Assembly (NCBI GenBank): GCA_965645245.1
Contig: OZ287084.1
Coordinates: 1,178,001 to 1,242,000 of the forward strand
Length of the DNA: 64,000 nt
Origin: Massalongia carnosa
Lineage: Eukaryota
Direction of reading: 5' to 3'
A program made the translations under genes and the position numbers. This document shows positions 9,038-21,598 of the stretch, in pieces. Within the stretch, counting starts at the first letter, position 1. The number at the start of each line of letters is the position of its first letter. The notes under the pieces are model-generated. The model had not been told where the DNA came from, made no database searches, and saw only the letters and a list, made by a program, of their open reading frames with translations.

Positions 9038-12000
9038 ACGCGGCGGGGGTAGATGAGTTGGTTATCACATCTTTCTTTATGGAGGATGATTTATTCGATG
9101 ACCATCCAGTAATGGAAGATTGTATCGTAGGAAATAAATTTAATACGAGAGCGATGATTGATACTGGATCTACTGGTTATTGTTTTGTTGATAGACTAAC
9201 TGCGCAGGAAATATGTGAAAAGGCTAATATCTCACCGGTGACGTTAAATAGACGGAAAGAGATAAAGGCATATGATGGAAGAAAAGGCAAGCCTATTACC
9301 CAGGCCATTTATCCATCTCTGAAAATTGGAAATCATACCGAGAGCTCAACACCAATGTTGATCACCGAGCTGGGCAACAAACGATTATTCTTGGCAAGCC
9401 TTGGATGCGAAAACATGGTGTTAGCTATCATGGGCATACGAATTCGATTTCTTTTCGTCCCGATCATTGCAATCATCTAGGTGCCCCCGAAAGGCCTTTC
9501 CCATCGTCGCCAATCAGGAGAGAAGAACCGGGCTCAACAAAGGACACCACGCCTATATTCCAACCAAAGAAGATATTGAAAAGAGACGAATCCGATGAAA
9601 AGAATCATAGCAACTCGAACCCGATTTCAGTTCGAAGATCAAGAAAGGAAGATATCTTGAAGCAAAAGTCTTGGAGAAAAGACGCCGAGAGCGAAGAAGC
9701 CCTGGATATAGCGATGATAGGTGCAGACCCATTTAATGTATTAACGAAACAAAAGGATGTCGAGATATTTGCAGTCTCGCTGAGAGATATCAACTTTGAA
9801 CTAGCCAAGGGAGAAAAGCCAATCACCGATCCTAAGACCATAGTCCCCCCCGAGTATCACGATTTTCTTGATGTTTTCTCTAAGGAAAAAGCTGATGAAC
9901 TGCCCCCTCATAGAAAGCATGACCATACCATCGAATTGCTAGAAGGTAAAGGACCCGGGCATGCCCCGCTATATAATATGTCAGAGGGAGAACTCCTACT
10001 GGTCAAGAGATATTTGGAAGAAAATCTGAAGAAAGGATTTATTGTAGCTAGCTCGGCCCCATTTGCCTCGCCGATACTATTCGCCAAGAAACCGAGTGGA
10101 GGACTTCGGTTCTGCGTCGATTATCGAAAGCTAAACGAAATCACCAAAAAAAATCGATATCCCCTACCTCTGATATCTGAGATAATGTCTCGATTGGCTA
10201 GGGCTAGATTTTTGACAAGAATAGATATTCGACATGCCTTTAACCGACTTAGGATGAAAACCGAAAAGGACGAAGATCTCACAACCTTCCGCACGCGATT
10301 TGGGTCATATAAATCTCTAGTATTACCCTTCGGACTGACCAACGGCCCTGCTACGTTTCAGAACTTCATCAACGATACCTTCTTAGAATATCTAGACGAA
10401 TTCCTAATAGCCTATCTGGACGATCTCTTGGTTTATAGTGAAACCATGACTGACCACCGAAAACATGTTCGAAAAGTTCTACAAAAGCTTCGAGAAGCTG
10501 GTATTCAGGCTGATGTGGATAAATGCGAATTCCATGTGACCGAAACAAAGTTCCTAGGAGTGGTAGTCGGACGGAATGGGATCAAGATGGACCCTACCAA
10601 AATTGAGGCAGTCGTCGAATGGGCCATCCCTAGGCATCTTAAACAGGTGCAGGCCTTTCTAGGATTTATCAACTTTATAGACGTTTTATCAAAGACTTCT
10701 CCAAAATAGCCAAACCCCTCGTACATCTAACTCGAAAAGACGAACCATTCAATTGGACCCCAGCCTGCCAAGCAGCTTTTTCCGAATTGAAAAGACGGGT
10801 GACCGAGGCCCCGGTCCTCGCGCATTTCAGCCCAAGCCGAGAAACGTTCGTGGAATCGGATTCATCTGATTATGTGTCAGCCGGAGTATTATCGCAAAGA
10901 GGTGAAGATGGACTTATCAGACCAGTAGCCTTCTTTTCAAAGAGCCTGTTGCCAGCCGAATGCAATTATGAAATATACGATAAAGAATTGCTTGCAATAA
11001 TCAAATGTTTCGAGCAATGGAGGCCTGAGCTGCAATCCACCGAGCTCCCAATCAAAGTGTTTACCGACCACAAAAGCTTGGAATATTTCATGACAACCAA
11101 AAAGCTAAATAAGCGACTGGCCAGATGGGCTGAATTTCTGGCCGATTTCAATTTTGTCATCACATACCAAGCTGGAAAATTCCATACAAAGGCAGATGCA
11201 CTAACTAGAAGACCAGGAGACAGGCCCGAATCAGAGGAAGATGACAGGCAAAGGCATCAACATCAGATAATCTTACCTCTCGAAAGCCTAGACCCTCAAA
11301 TCCAAAAGGAAATGGGGTTTGAAATGAACGAGATCAACGCGGAAAAGTCGAAAGATCCGCTCGAGAATAATGCCAAACTATTTGTCCCCGAAGAAAAGAG
11401 AATGAAGCTGATACAGGAAGTTCACGATCAACCAGCCGTTGGCCATCCGGGAATAAAGCGGACCTACGAGATGATGAAGAAATTCTTTTTTTGGCCAAAG
11501 ATGAAAGGGACCATAGAACAATACATTCGAAATTGTCATACATGCAAAAGAGCAAAAGCTCCAAGGGACGGTTATTCCGGACTATTAAATCCGCTACCTA
11601 TACCAGACCGGCCCTGGACAGATATATCAATGGATTTCGTAACTGGCCTACCTGAAAGCAAAGGTCATAATGCAATATTAATGGTAGTAGACCGATTTTC
11701 CAAGATGCATCATTACATTCCATGCACCACGGACGAAGAAGGGACAACTGCCGAAGAGACGGCCCGAATGCTAATAAAACATGTATGGAAATTGCATGGC
11801 CTACCGACCACGATAATCTCAGATAGGGGACCTCAATTCGTATCGCTAGTATGGAAATCGCTATGCGTAATGCTGGGAATAAAAGCCAAGTTATCAACCG
11901 CATTCCATCCCGAGACCGACGGTCAAAGCGAAATATCCAATCAAGAAATGGAGCGATATCTGAGAACCTATGTCAATTATCAGCAAGATGACTGGACAGA

Positions 12001-12715
12001 GTGGCTATCGATGGCCGAGTTCGCATCAAATGCCTGTGTCTCAGCTTCAAGTGGATTATCTCCATTTCAGGTCAACTATGGGTTTGAACCGAGGATGAGC
12101 TTCTATCCGATTGACGCATCTACTGGATCGGCCAGAGAAAGAATATTGAAAACTCGAGCAAAAAATATCGGCCAAGCAATGGAGAAAATCTGGGAATTCG
12201 GAAAAGAAAACCTAGTACGAAGCCAAGAAAGTCAGAAGAGATTCGCGGACAATCATCGGGAGGAGGCACCAACCTATAAAGAAGGAGATGAAGTTTGGCT
12301 ATCAACCAAAAATATCAAAACGGAAAGGCCTTCGAAAAAGCTAGATCATAAGATGATCGGACCGTACAAGATATTAAAAGCTTTGGGGAATAGCTATAAG
12401 TTAGATCTTCCAGCATCGATGAAAATACACGATGTTTTCCATTCATCATTACTCCGACCAGCAAGTAAAGACCCATTGCCCGGACAAATACCCCCGCCTC
12501 CACCACCGGTAATTATTGACAACGAGGAAGAATTTGAAATTGATGATATTTTGGATTCAAGAACTTTCAACAAGCTACAATACAAGGTAAAATGGAGCAA
12601 TTACCCACCGGATAACACATGGTATCCGGCCGAAGATTTTGCGAATTCAAAAGAAACTGTGGAAGAATATCATCGGAAATATCCAAAGAAGCCGCGACCG
12701 AAGCTAATCACATGA
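9019..12715 (+). pseudogene. pol: Pol (protease-RT-RNase H-integrase-chromodomain) with two 1-bp frameshifts
   Basis: Protease IDTGSTG, RT LRFCVDYR and YLDD, RNase H ESDSS and DHKSL, integrase HHCC and GPY, C-terminal chromodomain (EFEIDDILDSR...YKVKW). Frame breaks near 9383 and 10676. Confidence 0.92.
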
Positions 12716-12865
12716 CAGCGATCAGGAGCTCGCTAACCAAGAGGGGGGGTAGTGTCAGGACTCGGGTGTGGGAGCGCTAAATCCAACGGCTCTTTCCGAC
12801 CGAAGCTTCGGAGATAAGCTTCTAGAGCCGGATGGAAACTTCGAGAAGAAGGGCAAACGGGCATA

Positions 12866-14762
12866 ATCGTGCCAAAACACTAAACCCCAACCGAGTCAGG
12901 GTCTAGTGCCCGACGGTCTACTGACGCATACAGTCTACTGACGCACTTTTCCCATTTTCACTACCATTTCTGCTACAAATCGAGGACAACAACGGTTATG
13001 CAGAAACTGATTGATTATGACGCTGGTAAAATAGCTTCGCTTGTCTGGGCATCGATCTGGCGATTCTTTTATACCTTTTGTCCAGGGCAATCTGCTTCTT
13101 TTCAGCAGCTAGTGTGGCACGTTCATAGGCCAGTCTGGTCTTTTCCACCTCGTTCTGACAACGTTTCGAGGTTTTGGCCCGTACATCTCCTACAGTTATG
13201 ACCCCTCCCTTCTGGGCGACCTTACCATCCAATTTTCTACGGGCCGCCTTCGCGATGGACTGTTGTTGACTGGCTCGAAGGTCCCGCTCAATAATCTGAC
13301 GTGCATGCGCATTGGAAATAGAGCCCTTCACAAATCGATTCACATGACAATCCCATTCATTGTCCAGCACGTTGTATTTCTTCAAACTCATTCGAAGGTG
13401 TAAGCCATATTCAACCACCTCTTTAGTCGTGCGGGGCGTTCTGGCGAGCAGAGGGGCTGACAAAGGTGGGGGGGTAGCAAGTCTCCGAGTTTGAATTTCC
13501 TCCAGCTTTCGAATTACCACATTGGGGTTATAAGGCACCAGACCCATGTTTCTGAATGACGATAATATGGTAGATGAGGTGAATGTTTGATTTCGCATGC
13601 GCTGAAAAATGGACAAAAGTCCAGTTTGTCGAAATCTGCCCCTCCGAGTCGCACCATCTCGTCAATGCCTTCGGAATGATAATTTTTGAACGGCTGAAAA
13701 CATCCTACATCCAATGGCTGAGTGAGATGTGTTGAATGAGGAGGCAAACGAAACAATTCAATGTGATTTCGTTTGGCATATGTAAAAAACTCATATGTCA
13801 TATGAGATCCATACCCGTCCATGATCAACATACGCCAGGCCCCTACCTGACCCTTTCGACTGTGTTTATCGAAATGTTTCAACCAATCAATAGCCAAATC
13901 ATCATTGGAATAGCCGGTAGGACTAGTAGTCAACAAAACATCGTCATTCAGATCGTTTTGTTGTGTCCACTTTTCGAGAATCAAAACCCCCGCTATAATC
14001 ACCATGGGGGGAATGTTTCGCCCCCCAGCACTAATACACTCACACGAGGTGACATATTCTCTATTATCTGGATCTGTCAATAGCAAGGGCTTTCTGGAGT
14101 GAGTTGATATAACCCAATGAGCCCTGTCACAGCCAATTCGAAAGCCCATTTCATCCATGTTCCAAACGTCCTCGTCCGCTATTCCCCGCGTCTTTCGCGC
14201 AGTTCGATATGCTTCAAAATACTCGAGCCTGTCCTTTGCATTGTGCGCGTGTTTTCGCTCAGCGGCCAGAGGTTTGTGTTTTCGCTTGAAAAATTGAGGA
14301 TGACGATTGAGGAAACGTTTGGTCCAGGCCTCGCTGACGTGAGGGGGGGGGATGGAGGCGTCTAAATGAGCTTCTCTTAGTAGATAATTAGCAGCCCCCC
14401 GAACCATTGAAAACCTGGCTGATTGTTCGGCTTGATCGAGCATCACAATATATTCACAAAGGGCCAATTCTTGTTCATCAGATAAGGCCTTGTTGGGGCC
14501 AGATCGACCGATGCGCGAACCCCCTCCAGCAAGTCGTCTTTGAAGCGTACGAATGTCGACATCGAAATCAAATGGCTACTGCGCGTATACTTCGAAATTC
14601 ACCCGTGTTCCACGCGTTTATAGCATCGACAATTTGATCCTCCTTATTAGAATATGAGTTAGGCATGGTGGTAGTAGATGAACGACGTGGTGAACTGTAT
14701 GCGTCAGTTGACCGTTGGGCACTAGACCCTGACTCGGTTGGGGTTTAGTGTTTTGGCACGAT
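12866..14762 (-). mobile_element. pogo/Fot1-like (Tc1-mariner) DNA transposon
   Basis: 69-bp TIRs at 12866-12934 and 14694-14762 with 2 mismatches. TA TSD at 12864-12865 and 14763-14764. Confidence 0.96.
12996..14666 (-). pseudogene. Fot1-type DDE transposase with two frameshifts
   Basis: ATG at 14666, an HTH region, and motifs WNMDEMGF, LIMDGYGSH and LPPHSTHLTQPLDVGCF. Frame breaks near 14571 and 13617. Confidence 0.9.
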
Positions 14763-15101
14763 TATAGATTTCACATTCTTCTTTGTAGATAGATTTCTCT
14801 TCTTCATGCTTAGTCTCTTAGGTAGCTGACTACTATTCGTCTTCCCTGGATAGTAGTTCTTACATTTATTTACTTTTTTATAAGATTATTCGCTCAATAT
14901 GTGTTGAATCCAACTCCTATCAGTACAATGAACATAGCCACGCGCGTGACAGAAACAGGCGGACACCAAAATTTCCCCGCACTACCCGCGTGCTTTATAA
15001 ACATTCATTCGTCTTTATTAATAACGAGTTAGTTTAAAGCGATCTCATTTCAAGTGATAGTGTATATTTGGAGGTGACTGGGGCTAAGCGAGTATTCTAA
15101 C

Positions 15102-15760
15102 ACATAGCAGGAGTCCTAATTATGGTGTTATGGTAGAATAGAGTTTGGTCTGCGGACTAAGTATTGTGCCTTTTGATCGGAAGGGCAGGTGGCGCAATGG
15201 TAGAAATCTGTCACGATTCTACTCGGCACAACCTCGGCACCGCCTAGGGCAATCGTAGATGGAACACGCAGGCACTTTCGATTTCGTTCCCGCAGCTACT
15301 AGAAGATTCCATGACGACTATACCACATGGGTACTAGCGCATTAGAGGATATATAGGATGCAGGTTCTGGTTATCGATTGTCTTTTTCCTCTTCATCTTT
15401 ATTGTATTCGTTTCTAGTGTCCCTATGACTTGTGTTGAAATAGGTATATGACTATGGCTATATGGCTATGTAATAATAAAGGTATGTATGACCGTGATGT
15501 TAAGGATGAAGAGTTGCTAGGCAGCAATCTTTTCCTATTACTGGTCACCCCCTTCTAAGCGATGTGATCTTATCTTATCTTGGGACTAAGCCTAATGCGG
15601 CATCTACGGTTCCGTAGATGATCTGTCCATCTAGGACAGCCGTAGGTGCTATGTTCATCGTACTGATAGGTGTTCATTGTGCTGGTAGGAATTGGATATT
15701 CAACAACTTGTCTCTAGGTAGATGATAACAAAATCTTTTCACTATCTCGCCTTCGTCACA
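15102..15760 (+). mobile_element. LTR of family A (inverted relative to 1620-1790), interrupted by another solo LTR
   Basis: 15102-15208 joined to 15736-15760 is the reverse complement of ~1620-1743 and ends GTCACA. Its other end and TSD were not found. Confidence 0.75.
15209..15730. mobile_element. Solo LTR (522 bp)
   Basis: TGTCACG...ATAACA termini. Perfect TSD AAATC at 15204-15208 and 15731-15735. It cleanly splits the family A LTR. Confidence 0.88.
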
Positions 15761-16130
15761 AAAATGAATAAAATTGTTTGAAATCTAAAAAGTAAATGAT
15801 AAAAATACAGAACATGTTTCTCCGTTTGTAAAGAATTGTTTAGGCGAAACAAACGTGCAATTCATTGAAAGTCAAAAAAACTACGTAAATATGCATGTGA
15901 ATAACTTTATTTTATATAAGCATTAGGTAGCATTTTCGTTGGGAGATGTTGGAGAATTTTATCATCCGCCTCGTACTGTAACAATAATACTCGACTGACT
16001 AAGTTCAATTTTAGTATTTTCATCGGATCTATATCATTCTTGTATGTGCGAGTAGTCATGAAAAGATTTCTTTATTTAACTTCATGATGTTTTACCTTCT
16101 CATTTGAGATATGGTATTTTTCTATATATT

Positions 16131-18462
16131 ATGACGAAGAAGAAGAAGAAAAGCCTTTCCCCTGTTGCGCTTAATGGCACAGTTAACAGCAACTCTTCAT
16201 CATCCCCCACCACTCCTTCACCCGTTGACACCGAGTCTTCTTTTACTCCCAATGACAGCAAGCCTAGAAATACGAATCCCTTGAGCCCATCTTTGGTAAT
16301 ATGTCGCAACAAGTACGCAGATTTCCTTCTTGAATAGTCCATTTTCTATCCCTAATATCTTTATATTCAGACATTGGCGTTACATATCCTCCTTCCATGG
16401 TCCCTGGCTTCAATTGCCCCCCGAAGTGCTAGAGTCTCTCGCCTACAGCAACTTAGCCTCACCACGCCCTCGTCCCATTGATCCATCCGTATTCTTCGAT
16501 CTCGTTAGAGTTCGACGTCTTGTCGAGGATGCTACAGATCTTGCTGTCCGAGCAGCTAATGGTACTACGGCTTCCACCCTCAGCAACTCTCTGAACGCCG
16601 GCAATGGCATGTATGGAGGCGGCGGTTCAGCGGCATTGGGCTTGGGCATTGCGGGGATGGGAGGACCCAACGCAAAGCTGAGTAAAGAGAGGAAGCATAG
16701 GATGCGAGAGCTTGCCACGCAAAAGCTGTCGCGGGCCTACCAGTTGGATGAAATCGCTGCGAGTGTAGCTACGATGCAATCAGCCTCCTCCCTTGAGCAA
16801 GTCGCAAAGCTGGTATTGCTGCGTAGCAAGGATGATTCTCATGCCAAATATGTTCACTTTTTTCATGAAAAAATCCCTTCCCGGATGCTTGCACAATGCA
16901 CCAGCCTTGACCCGCTGGACGATATTATACACGACCGACCAACCGAAGGCGCCCCTTTACGGACTCGGGGTGTGACCAGAATACTGAAAGAAGACTTTGT
17001 TGGGGCAACTCGAGATTTGACTGATGGGCTTGCATTGTCACGTTACAAGAAAGCTCAGCATAATTCAGATAATGCTCGGCTTGGACTTTTTAATGCCTTT
17101 GGAGTTATAGAGCCGCAAATCAGCGAAAGGCACAGCGCTCCGTTTGTCTCCAAGAAAGACGGGGATGAGGAGCCAAGCAGCCTAGAATCTCAGCTACTTT
17201 TTCATCGCGCTGGGGTGTATTTAGCACTTGCTTGTCAATATGTGACTGCATCGCTTGAAGATTTAGGATCTATACCTACTATTTCTACAGTTCCACCTAC
17301 TACTAAACCTAAATCGGAGCTTGCTACTCATCCTACACCAAAAGGGGATTACGATAGGCGGCAGGCAGCACGTAAGATGGTGAAGACGAATGCTAAACGG
17401 GCTCTTCGAGACTATATAAGTTTTCTCTCAAATTTCGAATATACGCCCGGACTATCGGCTGAATCAGTTCATGAATACCTTAACAAGGTAAATATTGCAG
17501 CAGCTGGAGCCACTCAATCCAAACAGGTGGCAACGAACCGATTACTTCAGAAAACCGGAAACTCCGGCCACAAAAATGAACGCATGAACGATGCATTGAT
17601 TTGCAATGATTCGGCCCCAATCCATGACGGGGGTATAGCCATGGGCAGCGAGTTCCTATATCCAGCTCTTCCTCGGCCAGAGGTCTATCCAGTCTCTTCT
17701 TTATTCTCGGCTTGCCCTCCACCCAGTTTATCGCAATTTCTAACGTCACAAGCCCTAGTTGTAAAAAATTCATCTTTGAATCATGAATCCCAAAACCAAC
17801 TTGCCAACCAATTATGGGCGCAAGCAGATCATCACGAAGCGGTATCATATCACCCTCTCCTCACAGACGCACTTCATTCTTTATTGCTTTGCCATTGCCT
17901 CATCCAAACTTCATCAAAGGAACACCTTCGCCACGCCCACATGGCAGCCCGACTTGCTCGGGTCTGCGACGGTTACCCTGTTTTTTTAGCAGCCCGTTCA
18001 CCAAGTCGCGCAGATTGGATTGAAGTAGTACGGCGAACCAACAATTGGGTTGGCTTGCAGCAATCTTGGGAAAGCCTGTGTACCCCTGCCCAATTGCCAG
18101 GGCATGCCGGTTCAGCCAAGACAGAAGAGACCGATGGAGAAGCCCAAGAGCGCTGCAGGCAGGAAGCCATCATGGATGCGTTGGCCGACGAGAGAGTCCA
18201 CAACGAAGCGAGCTTCCATGCCGGTGTTGCTGCGAGGGTTTGCCGCGCCGAGGACCGGCAACATGAAGATATGGGCCAGAGCGCAAAGGTACGGGTCCAA
18301 GATAATGGGAAAGAGTATCCGATTAGTACCGAGAGAGCTAAAATCATTGCTAAATGGGTGAGGGAGGCACCACGGACGGTTGAAGGATCGGGAAGGGCCA
18401 AAGGCAACGCAAAGAAGGAAATACGGAAACAGCTTCGGCAAGATTTGCTCACAGCTCTGTGA
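16131..18462 (+). CDS. Conserved fungal protein of unknown function, 2 exons
   Basis: ATG at 16131. An intron at 16313-16370 joins ICRNK to HWRYISSFHGPWLQLPPE, followed by a long open exon. Confidence 0.8.
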
Positions 18463-18673
18463 ATAGAAAAAAATATATATGAAACGATAAAGGTATTGGT
18501 GGCACCTAATCTCCTCAGTCTTTGTGATTGAAGATTAGTTTCTTGTAGTCAAGCGTTATATATTCTATTTGATATAGACGAACCATTGCCTACGTGCGGT
18601 TTTCATATCTGCCTAGGAAACATCTTTCCTTGACAGATACTGCCTGTCCTGAACCAATACAGCCATATTCACC

Positions 18674-20619
18674 TCAACAGCTAGAGCTTGAGTTCTGCCC
18701 TGAATTCGGCGTCTTTTCGCATTGCGCATGCAGCATTTCTCTTACGTCCTTGGCCTTATCCCTGAACTCGGTCAGTTGTTCGTCTTGGCCGAATCTGATC
18801 CCGAGATACTCAAGGGTCTGATCTAGACATTCCAAGCAGCGTGCGGCTTTGCTCGCCACCGCCTCGGCATCCCATTGCGAAAATGCCGGGGGGAGGAGGG
18901 GGATCAAATTACTCGGCAGCGCGTCCGACGTGATACCGTGGGTGATTTGATTAGATTCATCTCGCAGAAGCGCGATGAGTCGGTCCGCGATATACGAAGC
19001 GCGCAGGATATCGTGGAAGGTGTAGAAGGCAAACTTTTCAAGGTCGCCGCCGATGGAGGACATGAGATCGGCATACTCGCAGGCGTAGCTGAAAAGGAGC
19101 GCGTTGACGCTCAGCTTAAACGTAGTGTTGTTCGAGACAGATGCAGTCAGCATGAGAATACTGCCGAACAACAATTCTGAGCGGAATAGCTTTTTTACGG
19201 GTTTTCTTATGACGGCGGGAATTTGTGCCATCCAGTGGTGCATGCTTCGCAGAGAATCGTATGTGATCTGCCAGCGCTCCTTAGGACTGTGGGGGCTCGA
19301 CTTGTAAAGCGTTTGGTAAACAGCCGATTGCAATCTACGTAAGTGAAGTAACTGAATTGCCGGGTCAAGGGTATGGAAGAAAACTTGTTCATTTTCCCGG
19401 GCAGAGGTTGATGTCAGGGAAAACGGTTTCTGGTTGCTTGGGAAAACGACGTTGCTAGAATCGTCGGTGAACGAGAAAGCTCGAAGGTGTGCCATGCTTA
19501 TGCTTCTATCAGCTGTTAGTTTAGCAAAGTAAAACCATCCCGCCTCTCCCTCCTTACCTATCCAGCGTGTATACCGAGTGATAAACCCGACGTCGCAAGT
19601 CGGCCTCCGTACTTAGCATTTGCACCTCGGTGCAATCCTGGTGCAATCCTAAATCCACCATGGCCCGAGAGGCAACACCAATCAAATACCAACTCTTGAA
19701 GTGATGTGGATCAAGCATGGCATAGAGCACTAGCAACAGGATTGCTTGAACACCCGCAATGGAGCCAGGCTGTATTACAACTTCTATGCTTTCTAGTGCC
19801 GCAACCGCGTGGTAAACCGAATCTTTATATTGAGCATCGCCCCTTCGACGCGATAGCGAAGCAAGTGCAACGGCGAGCACCAATCTCACAGTCCAACGAT
19901 CGGTGGGTTTGGCAGAACGTCCACCATCCTGGTAGAGTACATCCAGGGATGCGAAAAGCTTTGTCTCGGATAAAAAGGGGTAGAGAACATAAATATTTCC
20001 AAGGTAATGCTGAATTAGCGGGGTGATTGCATATCGGGGGGGGAGTTCGTTGATCGTGAACTGAGGCATTGGTTCGACAGACGAGGTGGAGAGAACTAAT
20101 CTTGCAAAAGACATTTGTTTGGTGAATCCATGAAAGTCCCTCGCTGTTGCATTGACCGATCTAGTGCCGTTCACAATTAGAAAGGTGTCGCCAAGACAGG
20201 AGCACCATTTTGAATACTAACAAGAAGCCAAAATCCGACACAAGCTCGTCCACCACAGATGCCTCTTTGCGTTCAAGGTTGCGACTGTTGAGAGTAATTG
20301 GTGATTCACGTGCAAGAGTCGGTCCAGAAGGTTCAACATCTAGCATACGAACGGAGCTTCGGCGCTCCTTGACCTGCGATAGTTGTTTCTCCAATCTTTC
20401 AATTCGGGCTTCGAGAGACGCCACGTAACTTCGCTCTTTTCCTTTTGCAAACTGATCATTTGCGCTCGAACACCCGGCGCTCTTACCAGACTTCTCGCAT
20501 GCTGTACATACGGGTAGTTTGCCGTCACATTTGATTTTTGCGGTCCGACACTTGGAGCATGCAGATACAGGTCGGCTGACTCGTAGTAAAGGGGGTTCGA
20601 ACCGACTAACGCTGGCCAT
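18674..20619 (-). CDS. Zn(II)2Cys6 transcription factor with fungal TF middle homology region (Stb5/Ppr1-like)
   Basis: CSKCRTAKIKCDGKLPVCTACEKSGKSAGC cluster, then LGLH and RRRVYHSVYTLDR. Three coding blocks are separated by short introns. Confidence 0.9.
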
Positions 20620-21005
20620 GACAAAGTCATCCCTTAAGGTGCCAGACTTTGCGGTAAGTACGCCGGTGGCGTAAAAACATGCAGCGTGAGGGTAAGGCCT
20701 ATATCAGTCTTTCACCTGAGGCTCTCCAGGCTCTTAGTTGAAGAGAATAAAGGTCGAGTAGCCTTAAAAAGCAAATTGAGGTGGTGGGGGCTAGTCGCCA
20801 GACTACAACATCTGTAAAATACGTCAAAGCTTCATCGGGGTCACTGCAGCATAGATAGGGTTGATAGTTCTCTATGTCCACATTGATACGATATAGTCAG
20901 CCAGCAGATACTTGGGCGTCACTCCTTGAGAGGTAAACCAAGCACTTCATAGAGTACTCCGTTGGCCCTAGCTAGACCGAGAGAGCGTGGACCATGAACT
21001 GTAGG

Positions 21006-21017
21006 CGGCTCGAGCCG
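21006..21017. promoter_or_regulatory. CGG-N6-CCG palindrome, candidate Zn2Cys6 binding site
   Basis: CGGCTCGAGCCG in the shared divergent promoter; the spacing matches the Ppr1/UaY site. Confidence 0.3.
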
Positions 21018-21598
21018 AGCCGGAGAGATCGACGGCCCTAAGATAGCAGTTTGCAGGTCCGGCACAGACAAGCGTAGTGTAAGAAACAATATTCTTTCCT
21101 ATGCTACACAAGTACTCCGTACAGAGTACTACTTAAACACGAGATTGTATGCACATCGGTAGATTAGACAGATTAGGCACCTTTACCAGCCACTCTGAAG
21201 AACCCTCCTTACAGGTACTGAACTAGCAATGGGAAACTGAGTTGATTACTCTGTACGGATTACAGGTACAGAGTACACTGTAGTCGACCAGAGGAGGACT
21301 CGTCACGATTTCAGCTACACAGAAACTCAACCGACAATTGCAGTACAGAGAGTATCAGTTTAGATATTCTAATTAAAATCGTCTTGAATCTTTCACTCTT
21401 TTCCTGCCAGGGTAAAATTTATCTTAGCTTTCCTTCAAACCTTCGTGCATGTACAGAAGAATACAATGACTCAATTAGATTGCGGGCGGCTTCCTTGCTG
21501 AGAAACTAGCATTCTAATCCACTCTGCGCTTGAACTCAGAATGCTAGTGCAGCCTCAAACATATGAGATCCTCAGGATAACATGAAACTGTTGACCTC

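Larger units (their letters stand above)
7263..14864 (+). mobile_element. Ty3/gypsy chromovirus LTR retrotransposon; 3' LTR interrupted by a pogo element
   Basis: 213-bp LTRs at 7263-7475 and 12753-12865 + 14765-14864 differ at one base. TG...CA ends. TSD TTTAT at 7258-7262 and 14865-14869. Polypurine tract AAGAGGGGGGGTAG at 12739-12752. gag and pol lie inside. Confidence 0.97.

Noticed and set aside
15183..15204. tRNA-like 5' half GGGCAGGTGGCGCAATGGTAG in the family A LTR
   Set aside because: It resembles an A-box only; there is no B-box or cloverleaf even after removing the inserted solo LTR.
1618..15762. A single 14-kb DNA transposon with ~125-bp TIRs
   Set aside because: The left repeat continues to its own ACA end with a perfect TACTT TSD, so it is a solo LTR. 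No TSD flanks the outer ends. Kept only as a weaker composite-cassette idea.
1..16100. Starship element or CRISPR-like array
   Set aside because: No DUF3435 tyrosine recombinase, element boundary or regularly spaced repeats are visible. A larger element extending left of the window cannot be excluded.
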